This document shows positions 9,205 to 18,519 of a DNA stretch of 64,000 bases, piece by piece (the stretch's first letter is position 1; the number at the start of each line of letters is the position of its first letter). The position numbers and the translations under genes were made by a program. This DNA is from Polyangiaceae bacterium. GTDB taxonomy: Bacteria; Myxococcota_A; Polyangia; Polyangiales; Polyangiaceae. The notes below the pieces were generated by a model. That model had not been told where the DNA came from. It did no database searches and saw only the letters and a list, made by a program, of their open reading frames with translations. The DNA is taken from contig CBDCTZ010000014.1 of assembly GCA_965222375.1 (NCBI GenBank), positions 960,001 to 1,024,000 on the forward strand. The letters run 5' to 3'.

Positions 9205-11451
9205 TCAGTGCGGAATGACCAACGCGCAGCGCTCGTTGATGCACTGCAGATTCGGATCGCAGCAGTCCGCGTTCACCGCGCACTTATCGAACTCCTGAGA
9301 GCACTCGTTCGTCTTCTTGCCGCAGGTGAGCTTGCCCGTGTTCGGATCCGCCTGGCAGAAGCCGCCACAGCACTCGTCCCCGCTCGTGCACTCCGCACCG
9401 TCGGTTTTGCAGGGATCGAGCACCCAGAAGCCTCGCGCATTGCCGGCCAAGAGCTCTTGGGCCGGCACATAGAAAGCGGGATGGCTGGGGTCTGTTCCAG
9501 GTTTTGCGTCTAAGTCGATGGCGGCGACCCAGAGCTTCTTCGTCGTCGTATTGGTGATCAGATCGTGTTCTCGTGGGTCGCTTGCCCAAGGGTCAATGGT
9601 CGCAGCGTTGCCGTACAAGCGGCGGCTCATGAAGACGACCCAGGCATAACCTCCCGAGGGGACGGGGCCCACCGTGGGTTCGTAGTTCAAGACCGAGTCA
9701 TCGGCGTGGTTGTTCGGACCCGTCGGCAAGTAGCCCTTGCCGTTGGCTTGGTCCAGGCGAGTTGCGGTTGCGGTCGCCGTGTCCACCCACCACAGCTCGC
9801 CTTTGGCTCCGTAGCGTGTCGCGAAGTACTCTCCACTAGAGTTGGCTTGAACCTCGGTTTGAAACACCACGCCTTTGGCTGTGGGCAAAAAGGTCGGCCA
9901 GCCCGGGCGCTGAGCGCTCTTGTACAGCAGCCGACCGTTGGAGAAGCTGTTGGTGGTCCGGTCGAAGTCCATGATCACCAACTGGGTTCCGTCCCCGGGT
10001 CCTGTACTTGCGCTGCCGGCGCCGGCGTGCAGATTGAACGCGACGGATTTGTCGTCGGGGGCAAAGGCGGGGAAGCCAGCTCGGGTCACGAATGCCGACA
10101 GGCCTGGCGCAGCGATGGGCGCGCCACTGGTCATGTCAAAGAGCCCACTGCTACTCCCGTTGGCACCCCCGGGGATCGGGACTGCGTTGGACAGGCCCAC
10201 CGCCCCGTCCGCCGTCATGCCAATCCAGCCCAGGTGTGTGTCCGTGCTTGGAGCGTAGGGTGTCTCCGCGAATCCGCCGAGCAGATCGTAGCTGGAGCTG
10301 CGCTTGTAGTTGTTGCCATGCTGCACGATCATCCGTGAGCCGTCGGCGTTGACGCTGTGGCAGACGCGGCACTCCGTGGAGCCGCCGTTCTTGCCCGCTA
10401 CCAGGATGGGGTCTGTGGCGCCGGGCTTGATGGCCAAGGTGGCCCCGCCAAACTTCCCGTCGCCCCCCTTCGCTCCACCGTAATTTTTGGCGAGATTGGT
10501 GCCGTAGGATTGGTAGTACACAGTGCCTTTGAGCCGGCCTTGCGCGACTTTCCAGGGCATCGTGATTGGGCCGTAGGCCTTACCTCCGGCAGCCACGGTT
10601 ACGCTCAGGGTGAGCGTGCCCCCGGCGGCCGAGAGCGTCGCCTGCTCCCAGGTCGCTTTCGTGATCGGGTGGCGGACGAACGCTGCGCCGGCGGCCAGGG
10701 GCGGCGGCCGTCCGAAGTAGCCGGCATAGCTATAGCCCGATGCATTCAATTCGATTTTGACGGCGTCAGCCACGGACGCGGCTGGCGAGGACTTCCACAT
10801 CAACAGGGGGGGCAGCACGCCGAGGGGCCACACGGTGTTGGCGTAGGGGTAGAGAAAGCCCATTTGAGGATCGCTCTGGGCGGGGCCATCGAGCAGCGCA
10901 ACCGTGCTGGCGTCCACTGCGCTGCCTTCACCCTCGCCGCCTACGCCGCCGGGGCCGCCGCCGGCTTTGATGTTCCCCGTAGCAGGGGTGCCGCCGTTTT
11001 CCTGCGCCTTGATCTCAACGGTCACTTTGGTGGTGAGCTTCTGAGTGCCCACGGTTGCCTCGACGGTCGCGGTTCCCGCTGCCGTGCCCGCTGCCGTAAA
11101 CAGCCCCGCGGCGTCGATGGATCCGATTTCGGCGCGGTCGATGGCCCACAGCGCAGTTGCGGGGCCTGTGTTGGAAACAACCTGGAACTGCACCGTCGGT
11201 GCGGGCTTGGTGCTGTCGTAGGTGACCGTGGGGTTGGATGGCGTGATCGACAGCCCGGCGGTTGCGTCACCGCCACCGTCGATGACGACCCCGCCGCCTG
11301 TGCCGCCAGCCCCGGCCGTCCCGCCGGTGCCACTTCCGCCCAGCCCCGACGGCCCAGCGACGCTGCCGTCGTCGCTGCTGCAGGCGCCAGCAGCTAGTCC
11401 GATACCCAATGCACTGACTAGCAGTGACAGCCCGGCACGCTTCCTGTTCAT
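9205..11451 (-). CDS. Large lipoprotein: Ig-like domain, TolB-like beta-propeller, Cys-rich C-terminus
   Basis: Start MNRKRAG at 11451, lipobox AGAC, Gly linker, PD40-like segments (GFPAFAPD, GWPTFLP, WVVFMSRR), C-terminal C..C.....CC...C repeats. Confidence 0.7.
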   Translation of the reverse strand: MNRKRAGLSLLVSALGIGLAAGACSSDDGSVAGPSGLGGSGTGGTAGAGGTGGGVVIDGGGDATAGLSITPSNPTVTYDSTKPAPTVQFQVVSNTGPATALWAIDRAEIGSIDAAGLFTAAGTAAGTATVEATVGTQKLTTKVTVEIKAQENGGTPATGNIKAGGGPGGVGGEGEGSAVDASTVALLDGPAQSDPQMGFLYPYANTVWPLGVLPPLLMWKSSPAASVADAVKIELNASGYSYAGYFGRPPPLAAGAAFVRHPITKATWEQATLSAAGGTLTLSVTVAAGGKAYGPITMPWKVAQGRLKGTVYYQSYGTNLAKNYGGAKGGDGKFGGATLAIKPGATDPILVAGKNGGSTECRVCHSVNADGSRMIVQHGNNYKRSSSYDLLGGFAETPYAPSTDTHLGWIGMTADGAVGLSNAVPIPGGANGSSSGLFDMTSGAPIAAPGLSAFVTRAGFPAFAPDDKSVAFNLHAGAGSASTGPGDGTQLVIMDFDRTTNSFSNGRLLYKSAQRPGWPTFLPTAKGVVFQTEVQANSSGEYFATRYGAKGELWWVDTATATATRLDQANGKGYLPTGPNNHADDSVLNYEPTVGPVPSGGYAWVVFMSRRLYGNAATIDPWASDPREHDLITNTTTKKLWVAAIDLDAKPGTDPSHPAFYVPAQELLAGNARGFWVLDPCKTDGAECTSGDECCGGFCQADPNTGKLTCGKKTNECSQEFDKCAVNADCCDPNLQCINERCALVIPH

Positions 11452-11508
11452 GAATCTCAGAGTATCACGTGGCGTGCGGGGCCGCCGCGACAGAGGGCAA
11501 GAGCCCAC

Positions 11509-11787
11509 TCAGGGTTCACAAACGCCGCTCGAGCAGGAGTCGCTCTGACAATCCTCATTGCCTTTGCACGTGCGGCCATTGGCACAGCGCGAGCAATCGC
11601 GACCGCCACAGTCGGTGTCGGACTCGTCCCCGTTTCTCTTTCCGTCGCTGCAGCTGGGGCTAGTGCCGCCACCGCCGCCCGCCGCAGCGGCGTCGGGCTT
11701 GTGTATTTCGTAGGGGTCGTCGACGGCTAGTGGGCAGCCTGCGGTGCATAGGGCAATCCCCACGACGATGACTTGGCGCCACGCCAT
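11509..11787 (-). CDS. Small Cys-rich lipoprotein
   Basis: Lipobox TAGC; CSDGKRNGDESDTDCGG..C repeat typical of myxobacterial disulfide-rich proteins. Confidence 0.75.
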   Translation of the reverse strand: MAWRQVIVVGIALCTAGCPLAVDDPYEIHKPDAAAAGGGGGTSPSCSDGKRNGDESDTDCGGRDCSRCANGRTCKGNEDCQSDSCSSGVCEP

Positions 11788-12755
11788 CAGAACCTCCCCC
11801 GCACTCCCACGTGACCCAGGCCTAGGCTGGGCGCCACGTGGGCTTTGTTCCTCTTTGAAGACTGGGTGAGTAGCAGGGTGGCGCCAAGGCTCACGCCGAC
11901 GATGCCGACGCCGTAGCCAATGAAAGACACAGTGCGCGCGGTTCGAAAGCCGTCCAGATCGTCCTGGGAACTCTCAGGGCAGGTGGGAGTGCAGACTTCG
12001 TCAAGGCTGGACCGCTTGTCCAGCATGATGAGGCCTGCCGCGATCCCCGTAGCCAGGCCAGCCCCGCCAGCGCCCAAGGCGAGCCACGCCCAGGGCGGCC
12101 TTCCGGCTTCGCTGCCTTCGCTGTTCGTGAATTTGCCACTGGCATCGAGGGTGACCACTTCCTCGTCGCCTTCTTCGAGCTTCAACGTCCGCTCGCCGAT
12201 TACCTTGTCACCCTTCTTGATCACGATCCGCCGCGCGCCGGGGTCTACGGGTTGGCGAACGCCAATCAGTGCAACGGGTACGACGCGGCCGTCCAGGCGT
12301 ACCTCGACGTTCTCGAGGGCGCGCCCGGAGTTCTGGACAACGATGGTCAAAAGCGGGATCTTCGGGCGGAGCGATTCGAGCTCCTTGTCGGCCGCGACGA
12401 TCGCGTCGGCAAACGCGGAAGACGACTCACTAGTAATCCGGCTGCGGCGGGCGTCCTCGTAGCGTTCAGCCGCCTCGACGAAGCGACCCAGTTTCTGCAG
12501 TGCTCTAGCCTCCATTAGAGTGATGGTTGGTGCTGGATACAAAGACGATGCTCGGCGCAGAAGCGCCCGAGCCTTCTCGAATTCGCCCCGTTCAAAAGCT
12601 GCAGCGCCGTCTTGGGCGAGCTGCCGGGCGGCTGCTCGGGTACGATCATCCGCCCGCAGTGGGACCGCCTGGCTTGGGCGCGACGCGGCCGCGCCCAGTA
12701 GCAGCAAGCCGGCGATGATGAAGCTTTTCTGGGTTCGGCTAGAAACCGAAGTCAT
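11787..12755 (-). CDS. Secreted TPR + PEGA-like domain protein with hydrophobic C-terminal hairpins
   Basis: Signal peptide, TPR-like helices, VDPG motif, two hydrophobic segments around CTPTC, C-terminal VGVRGRF. Confidence 0.75.
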   Translation of the reverse strand: MTSVSSRTQKSFIIAGLLLLGAAASRPSQAVPLRADDRTRAAARQLAQDGAAAFERGEFEKARALLRRASSLYPAPTITLMEARALQKLGRFVEAAERYEDARRSRITSESSSAFADAIVAADKELESLRPKIPLLTIVVQNSGRALENVEVRLDGRVVPVALIGVRQPVDPGARRIVIKKGDKVIGERTLKLEEGDEEVVTLDASGKFTNSEGSEAGRPPWAWLALGAGGAGLATGIAAGLIMLDKRSSLDEVCTPTCPESSQDDLDGFRTARTVSFIGYGVGIVGVSLGATLLLTQSSKRNKAHVAPSLGLGHVGVRGRF

Positions 12756-14160
12756 AGGTCTTCCGCTTCGAGCTCGGGCGCTTGCTCGGCTCGCTCGGAA
12801 GCTTTTTACCTCGCCTGGGTGCCCCCCGCGTGGATTTCTTGATCACCACCGATCGTCGTGCCGCGCTCGCATCCGGGCTGAATTTGGCGGTGTTTGGCGT
12901 GGCGGTTAGAGCGGCAGTCGGCGAAATCTGCGCTGCAGGCCTAGCAGGGGCCTCCACCTCGGATGCCTCGGCCACACCGGGCCCGGCCTTGGCCCGGCTC
13001 ATGGCGAATATCAGCCCGGCGCCCAGCATGAGCAGCACGATCGCCACGGCTCCAAATAGCGCAAAGCGATTGTCCGGTGGCCGCGACGCTCTCAAGGGCG
13101 ACGACAGGCTGCTGATCTTCTCCGTCGTGTCAGCTGCGGGCGGCAAGGTGATGCGCTCCTTGCCCTCCGGGGGCACAGTCGCGCTGTCCGTGGAGGTCGG
13201 GTCTTCATCGGCTATGCCCAGCCCCCACACGGTCTTCAGACTCTTGCCAGTGATGTCTTCGTATACGCCGTGGCACTGGAGCCAGTTTGCTAGTGCTTGT
13301 CCCAACTGGCGCATGTCCGGCCAGCGCGCGTCCCGGTCTTTCTGCAGCCCTCGCTCGATGATGGCCCATAGCTCGGCGTCGCCCGCTGCCAAGTTCATGC
13401 TGGGCTGGGGCTCCTCGTTGATGATCGCCCAGAGCAGCGCGTTGTAGTTTTCATGATCGAAGGGCACCCGGCCGGTGACGAGCTCATATAGCAAGATGCA
13501 GTAGCTCCACACGTCCGTGCGTGAGTCGATGTCCTCCTCGCCCCGCGCCTGCTCTGGGGACATGTAGTCCGGAGTCCCGAGTACCGTCCCCTGAATTGTC
13601 AGCTTGTGATTGGTCTCGTCAACGCGTGCAATGCCGAAGTCGAGGAGCTTTGGTTGAGTGCGGCCCGTGTCTTGCGCGGTGAGAAAGATGTTCTCGGGCT
13701 TGACGTCCCGGTGAACGATGCCGTTGTCGTGAGCCGTGGCCAAGGCGTCGGCGATGGGTAGCAGCAGTTTTGCGATCCGCGTGGCGGGGACTCGCCCTTC
13801 TCTCTTGAGCACCGAGGCGAGGGTCTCGCCGTGTAGGAGCTCCATCACGACGAAGGGATCTCCCAAATCCGTTTCGCCGAAATCGAAGACCCGCACGATG
13901 GCCGGATGACCCAGCTTCGCCGCAGCCCGGGCTTCTTGCAGCAGTCGTTCGGCTTGGATCGCGTTGGAGCCAAACTTATCCCTGTGGATCAGCTTGAACC
14001 CGACGTGGACGTCCAAGACGCTGTTGTGCGCGACCCAGACGCGACCAACGCCGCCGCGTCCGAGTGGGCGCACGAGTCGATACTTGTCAGCAATGACGTC
14101 GCCGGACCCGTATCGCTCCCCCTCAGTCGCGGTCGTCGGTTTTTCTTGGGGCGCTTGCAC
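12739..14160 (-). CDS. Hanks-type Ser/Thr protein kinase with one TM helix
   Basis: GRGGVG, HRDVKPEN, DFG, GTPDYMSPEQ; TM near C-terminus. Start uncertain (GTG 14160; ORF is open to 14268). Confidence 0.93.
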   Translation of the reverse strand: MQAPQEKPTTATEGERYGSGDVIADKYRLVRPLGRGGVGRVWVAHNSVLDVHVGFKLIHRDKFGSNAIQAERLLQEARAAAKLGHPAIVRVFDFGETDLGDPFVVMELLHGETLASVLKREGRVPATRIAKLLLPIADALATAHDNGIVHRDVKPENIFLTAQDTGRTQPKLLDFGIARVDETNHKLTIQGTVLGTPDYMSPEQARGEEDIDSRTDVWSYCILLYELVTGRVPFDHENYNALLWAIINEEPQPSMNLAAGDAELWAIIERGLQKDRDARWPDMRQLGQALANWLQCHGVYEDITGKSLKTVWGLGIADEDPTSTDSATVPPEGKERITLPPAADTTEKISSLSSPLRASRPPDNRFALFGAVAIVLLMLGAGLIFAMSRAKAGPGVAEASEVEAPARPAAQISPTAALTATPNTAKFSPDASAARRSVVIKKSTRGAPRRGKKLPSEPSKRPSSKRKTYDFGF

Positions 14161-14683
14161 AGATGGTCTGCGGGAATTTTCGCGTGCATTGCTACACGTC
14201 GCAAGGCGAATCGCCGCCTCCGGACTTCGATGAACTCCGCTGGCCAAGCCCTCGCAAATCTTAGGCATTTCCGTTGGGTAGGCGCCGGGCCCACACTGCT
14301 CTCCAATGTGGGTGCTCCCTCGCTGCCACCACCGCCGCGTTATGTCGTCGGCTCCGATTTTTGGCTCGCCAAGTCGGCGTCACGGGCGAATGTGACGCCT
14401 CCAACGACCCGCTCACGGGTCCGCGAGCGCTGAAACCCGGGGCGTCCGGCGGCGTATGGTTGGGGGTGTCCGAGCACCGATCCCGGCGGCCAAGCACGCC
14501 CCTACCTCCCCTCGGGGCCAGTCCGACGCGACCGGAAGACGCGGAAAACCTGGTGTTTTGCCCACCAAGCCAGGGATTGCGGCAAGCCCAACACGACCGG
14601 GCTAAGCTACGGGGCGGGCAGGCGTGAGGGCTGCCAGCAGGCCTCACGCCTTCCGAACGACCCAGGCAAGCTCCCCACCCGTC

Positions 14684-16522
14684 ATGACAAAACGCAGTGC
14701 GCTTGTAGCGGCTCTGGTTGGGGTCGTCGGATGCAGCAGCGGTAGCGACGACGCACCGTCCCGGCCGAGTGTGGTCGTGGATTTGCGGACCGATGCCAAT
14801 CGCGACGGTTGGGTCGACCTGGTGGACCCAGCGGACGACGAAAACGAGGACGCCTGGTCTGCGATGGCGGGGGCGATTTTTCTGCCGAACCTGGACGATG
14901 ACGCCCTCGCGTGTCCTCGCGGCGGTCAGGTGGTGGCGCTCTCAGACACGCAGCTTGCGGAGTGCAGAGATAGCGCCAACGAGGTCGTGGACGGTCCCGA
15001 AGACGAGGCGGATCTGGCACGGCTCATCGTCAAACCCTGGCCGGGTGCACCCGATAACGCGAGCGGCCGGGTATGGCTCGCACCGGCTGCGGCCAATCAC
15101 GTACGCCTGTTTCGAAAGCAAGGGGGCAGCTGGCAAGTACTGCCGTTCGTGGATCTTGGCGAAGGTGCAGGGATGACCTGGCTGCTGGCAATTACGGCGG
15201 ACGAGATCCGGGCCGGTGTCGAACTCGGACTCGAGGGGCGGGACTTCGTGCGGTCCACCACGGGCTGGGATGGGCTGGCCGAAGTGCACTTGGGCGTGGA
15301 CACCGTGAGTAGCGGGGTCGTGTCGGACGTCGTGCAGCTACGTGTTGCACCCCTACTCCTATCCCATCATCTCCAGCCGACGGAGCAGCTGTACGCGACC
15401 CGGACCGCTTGGGCTGGCAACATGGCGTTTCGGGCGGACCTCGATCCAGCTGCCGTCGCAGCGGCCGTGGCAGTCGTCGACAACGGCCAATTCGATCACT
15501 GGACCCAGGATTGGATGGAAATCGGGTACGCGACGGCGCCGGCGCCCAATGGCGAGCAGCGCCGCCTGGACGTCTTCATGCGTTCGACGAACGTCTATCG
15601 GCCTGGGGAAGCTGGCAACGAACTGCGTGAGGCGGGCCGCGAAGTCTATCAGTCCTACCATGGCATGAACTCCGCGGGTTACACGCCGCCCTATGACTTG
15701 GGCCAGCCTCAGGAGATGGACACCCTCAACTCCTATGGCAACACGGAGACCATCCCGCCTCACTCCCACGACGGCAAGAGCTACGCCTTGGGGCGAGTGC
15801 TGCGAGGCAGTTCGCCCAGCTTCTACCCCAGCCCAGCCATGGACGATTTTCTCGCAGCGCAGCGACTGCAACCCACGGTGTTCATCGACACTTCTTGGCT
15901 CGACGTCGCTCACGTGGACGAGACTCTGAGCTTCGTCAAGACGAGTTCCCCCCTCGGATTTGGTGTCGTGATCAACGACGCGACCCTGGCCAAGCAGATG
16001 CTCGAGGAGTTGGCCTCCCAGGGACATGGCGACGCTGCTATGTTCGTCGGCAAGAGCTGGTACAACGTCGACACCGACGGAATCACTCCGGCGGAAGCCA
16101 CCGTCGCGCAAGTGCTCGCGGACACGGACGTCATGGCCGAAAGCAAGCGGGCCCAGGTCGAAGTGGACGCGCAACTCGACGTGCTGAAGGCCGCCGTAGG
16201 TATCCAAGATTCTGACCTGATACCTGCGCCCTTCCTGCACTGGCCCAGCTACGGTCGGTCCATCGCCTATCAGCCGGGCACAGTGAACGGTCAGGTTCTG
16301 TCGAACAAGCATTTCGCTGTGCCAACGCCCCACGGACCACGCATTGACGGCCAGGATCCCTTCGAGAGCCAACTCGTGGAGGCCTTCGGCAAACACGGTA
16401 TCACCGTACACTTCGTGGAGGACTGGGACATGTTGCATCGCCTCAGCGGCGAGGTGCACTGCGGAACCAACGCCAAACGCGCGCCCCTCAGTGATGTCTT
16501 TTGGTGGGAGGCGTCGCCATGA
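14684..16522 (+). CDS. Protein-arginine deiminase (PAD) family lipoprotein
   Basis: WTQDWMEIG, WLDVAHVDE and GEVHCGTN match the PAD catalytic Asp, His-x-Asp and Cys motifs; lipobox VVGC after ATG 14684. Confidence 0.9.
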   Translation: MTKRSALVAALVGVVGCSSGSDDAPSRPSVVVDLRTDANRDGWVDLVDPADDENEDAWSAMAGAIFLPNLDDDALACPRGGQVVALSDTQLAECRDSANEVVDGPEDEADLARLIVKPWPGAPDNASGRVWLAPAAANHVRLFRKQGGSWQVLPFVDLGEGAGMTWLLAITADEIRAGVELGLEGRDFVRSTTGWDGLAEVHLGVDTVSSGVVSDVVQLRVAPLLLSHHLQPTEQLYATRTAWAGNMAFRADLDPAAVAAAVAVVDNGQFDHWTQDWMEIGYATAPAPNGEQRRLDVFMRSTNVYRPGEAGNELREAGREVYQSYHGMNSAGYTPPYDLGQPQEMDTLNSYGNTETIPPHSHDGKSYALGRVLRGSSPSFYPSPAMDDFLAAQRLQPTVFIDTSWLDVAHVDETLSFVKTSSPLGFGVVINDATLAKQMLEELASQGHGDAAMFVGKSWYNVDTDGITPAEATVAQVLADTDVMAESKRAQVEVDAQLDVLKAAVGIQDSDLIPAPFLHWPSYGRSIAYQPGTVNGQVLSNKHFAVPTPHGPRIDGQDPFESQLVEAFGKHGITVHFVEDWDMLHRLSGEVHCGTNAKRAPLSDVFWWEASP

Positions 16523-17472
16523 AGTGGCGCGCTGCCCTCGCTACCGCTGCTCTGTGCAGCCTGTGCGCTGCTGGCGCGCTCGGTGCGCCGCAATCGTCGC
16601 GGGGAGTCGCACTCGCGCCGTCGGATTTGCAAGCGGCTCAACTGAAACAGCTGCGTCGTGACGTGGCTGCCCACCGTGTCGCGAACCCTGCGGTTTTCGA
16701 GGGTGTTCGCAAAGTGCTCTCCCAGGCTGCGATTCGAGATCGCAAGCGCCGGGGTCGCTTTGCATCTCTGACGCGTGGATTGGATGCCCTTGGGGACGCG
16801 GCTTTGCTTCCGATGCTGGAGCAACTTGCGCTCAAGGGCGTCGGGCGCGGCTCGCTGACACCCACCGCCTGGCTATCCGTGCGCGTGAGTCTGATCGAGT
16901 CCGTGGGGCGGAAGCGCAGCGCGCGAGCGGTCCCGGTCCTGCGACAGATCTTGCAGCGCAACCAGGAGTACTGGGTCGTGCGCGCGGCCGCAGAAGCGTT
17001 GGGCCGAATTGGGACCGACGCCGCCGCCAACCTGCTCGTAGCCGTGGCGACGGCACCCGGGCCGAAGCGGCGCGCGGTGCTCAGCGCCATCGGGGACTGC
17101 CGCCGCACTGTGGTGGTACATACTCTCACCAAGCTGCTCCGTGGCCCCCTGGACTACGAAGATCGCCGCCTGGCCTTGGCTGCGCTGGGGGATGTTGGCA
17201 ACGCCTGGGCGTGGCAGACCCCACACGTGAAGCGCGGCGAGGCAGCTGTGGTGCGGAGTGGTGCGGCCCAAGAGTTGGTGTTGGCGTACGTGCGGCACCA
17301 TGGCGACTCGGTTCTGGCCCTGGAGATCCAGAAGTCCCTGTTGGTGGTGGAAGATCTGTCCACCCCTGGACTGATCGAAGCTGCCAAGCAGGGGGCTGAC
17401 AAGCGGCTTGCCCGGCGCTTGGACGCGCTGAAGCGGAAGTTCCAGCGCTTCGTGGCGCGCAAGCGACGCTAG
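16519..17472 (+). CDS. Secreted HEAT-repeat protein
   Basis: Signal peptide; repeats such as VRAAAEALGRIG, AVLSAIGD and LALAALGDVG; ATGA overlap with the PAD stop. Confidence 0.7.
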   Translation: MKWRAALATAALCSLCAAGALGAPQSSRGVALAPSDLQAAQLKQLRRDVAAHRVANPAVFEGVRKVLSQAAIRDRKRRGRFASLTRGLDALGDAALLPMLEQLALKGVGRGSLTPTAWLSVRVSLIESVGRKRSARAVPVLRQILQRNQEYWVVRAAAEALGRIGTDAAANLLVAVATAPGPKRRAVLSAIGDCRRTVVVHTLTKLLRGPLDYEDRRLALAALGDVGNAWAWQTPHVKRGEAAVVRSGAAQELVLAYVRHHGDSVLALEIQKSLLVVEDLSTPGLIEAAKQGADKRLARRLDALKRKFQRFVARKRR

Positions 17473-17577
17473 GGGGGCCGCGCGTTTCGTTTTGGGCGCG
17501 GGTGTGGGGCTCCGCGCCCCCTGGGCATTGCTCGCTTCCCGTGAATCCGCCTACCGTGTCGCCAGGAGGAGCGTAGC

Positions 17578-18447
17578 GTGACCTATCAAAGTATCGAGTA
17601 CCGGGTGCAGGGGAGGGTCGCTGTGATCACCCTGAATCGTCCGGATCGCCTGAACGCAATCGATCACCACATGCCCCGGGAAATCCGACGGGCCGTGGAA
17701 CGCGCGAGCCGGGACGACAGCGTGCACGTGATTGTGCTGACGGGCGCAGGGCGCGCCTTCTGCGCTGGCTACGACCTGGTCGACTATGCGGAGACCGGTG
17801 GCGAAAACCCCGGGGTGCAGAGCATGCCCTGGGACCCGACGGTGGACTTCCGCTTCATGTATCAAAACACGCTGGACTTTCAGACGCTTTGGCGAAGTCA
17901 CAAGCCGACTATCGCGAAGGTGCGTGGCTACGCCGTTGCAGGCGGCAGCGACATCGCCTTGTCGTGCGACTTGGTCGTGATGGCCGACGACGCCAAGATC
18001 GGGTACCCCCCCGCGCGCGTGTGGGGTTGCCCCACGACGGCCATGTGGGTCTTTCGCATTGGGGCTGAGCGCGCCAAGCGCATGCTGCTCACGGGAGATC
18101 TGGTGGATGGCCCGGAAGCCAAGGCCATGGGGTTGGTCGCAGACTCGGTTCCGGACGGCGATTTGGATCGCCATGTGGACGCTCTGGCTCAGCGAATGGC
18201 CGCTGTGCCGAAGAACCAACTCCTGATGCAGAAACTCGTCATCAATCAAGCCTACGAGAACATGGGCCTGGCCACGACCCAGGTTCTAGCCACCCTTTGT
18301 GACGGAATTGCTCGGCACACGCCCGAGGGCCTGTGGTTCAAGCAACGAGCGGAAGCGGTGGGGTTCAAGCAGGCGGTTCAGGAACGAGATGGGGGTGAGC
18401 CCATCGCCCCGCATGCAGAGAAACGTGTGCGGTTGGCAGACCACTGA
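17578..18447 (+). CDS. Crotonase/enoyl-CoA hydratase family protein
   Basis: LNRPDRLNAI, FCAGYDL and GYAVAGG motifs; GGAGGAG RBS upstream. Confidence 0.9.
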   Translation: MTYQSIEYRVQGRVAVITLNRPDRLNAIDHHMPREIRRAVERASRDDSVHVIVLTGAGRAFCAGYDLVDYAETGGENPGVQSMPWDPTVDFRFMYQNTLDFQTLWRSHKPTIAKVRGYAVAGGSDIALSCDLVVMADDAKIGYPPARVWGCPTTAMWVFRIGAERAKRMLLTGDLVDGPEAKAMGLVADSVPDGDLDRHVDALAQRMAAVPKNQLLMQKLVINQAYENMGLATTQVLATLCDGIARHTPEGLWFKQRAEAVGFKQAVQERDGGEPIAPHAEKRVRLADH

Positions 18448-18519
18448 GCTTCACATGACCAAAGGCGAACGTGTTCTCTTGTCGGAAAGCGCGTTTGCGA
18501 CCCGCGGGAAGCTGGAGCC

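Noticed and set aside
14270..14680. Small genes or ncRNA in the kinase-PAD divergent gap
   Set aside because: The ORFs lack motifs or RBS and I could not identify a convincing structure
17494..17519. GGGCGCGG/CCGCGCCC hairpin as an intrinsic terminator
   Set aside because: No U-tract follows on either strand, so it is only a possible stem
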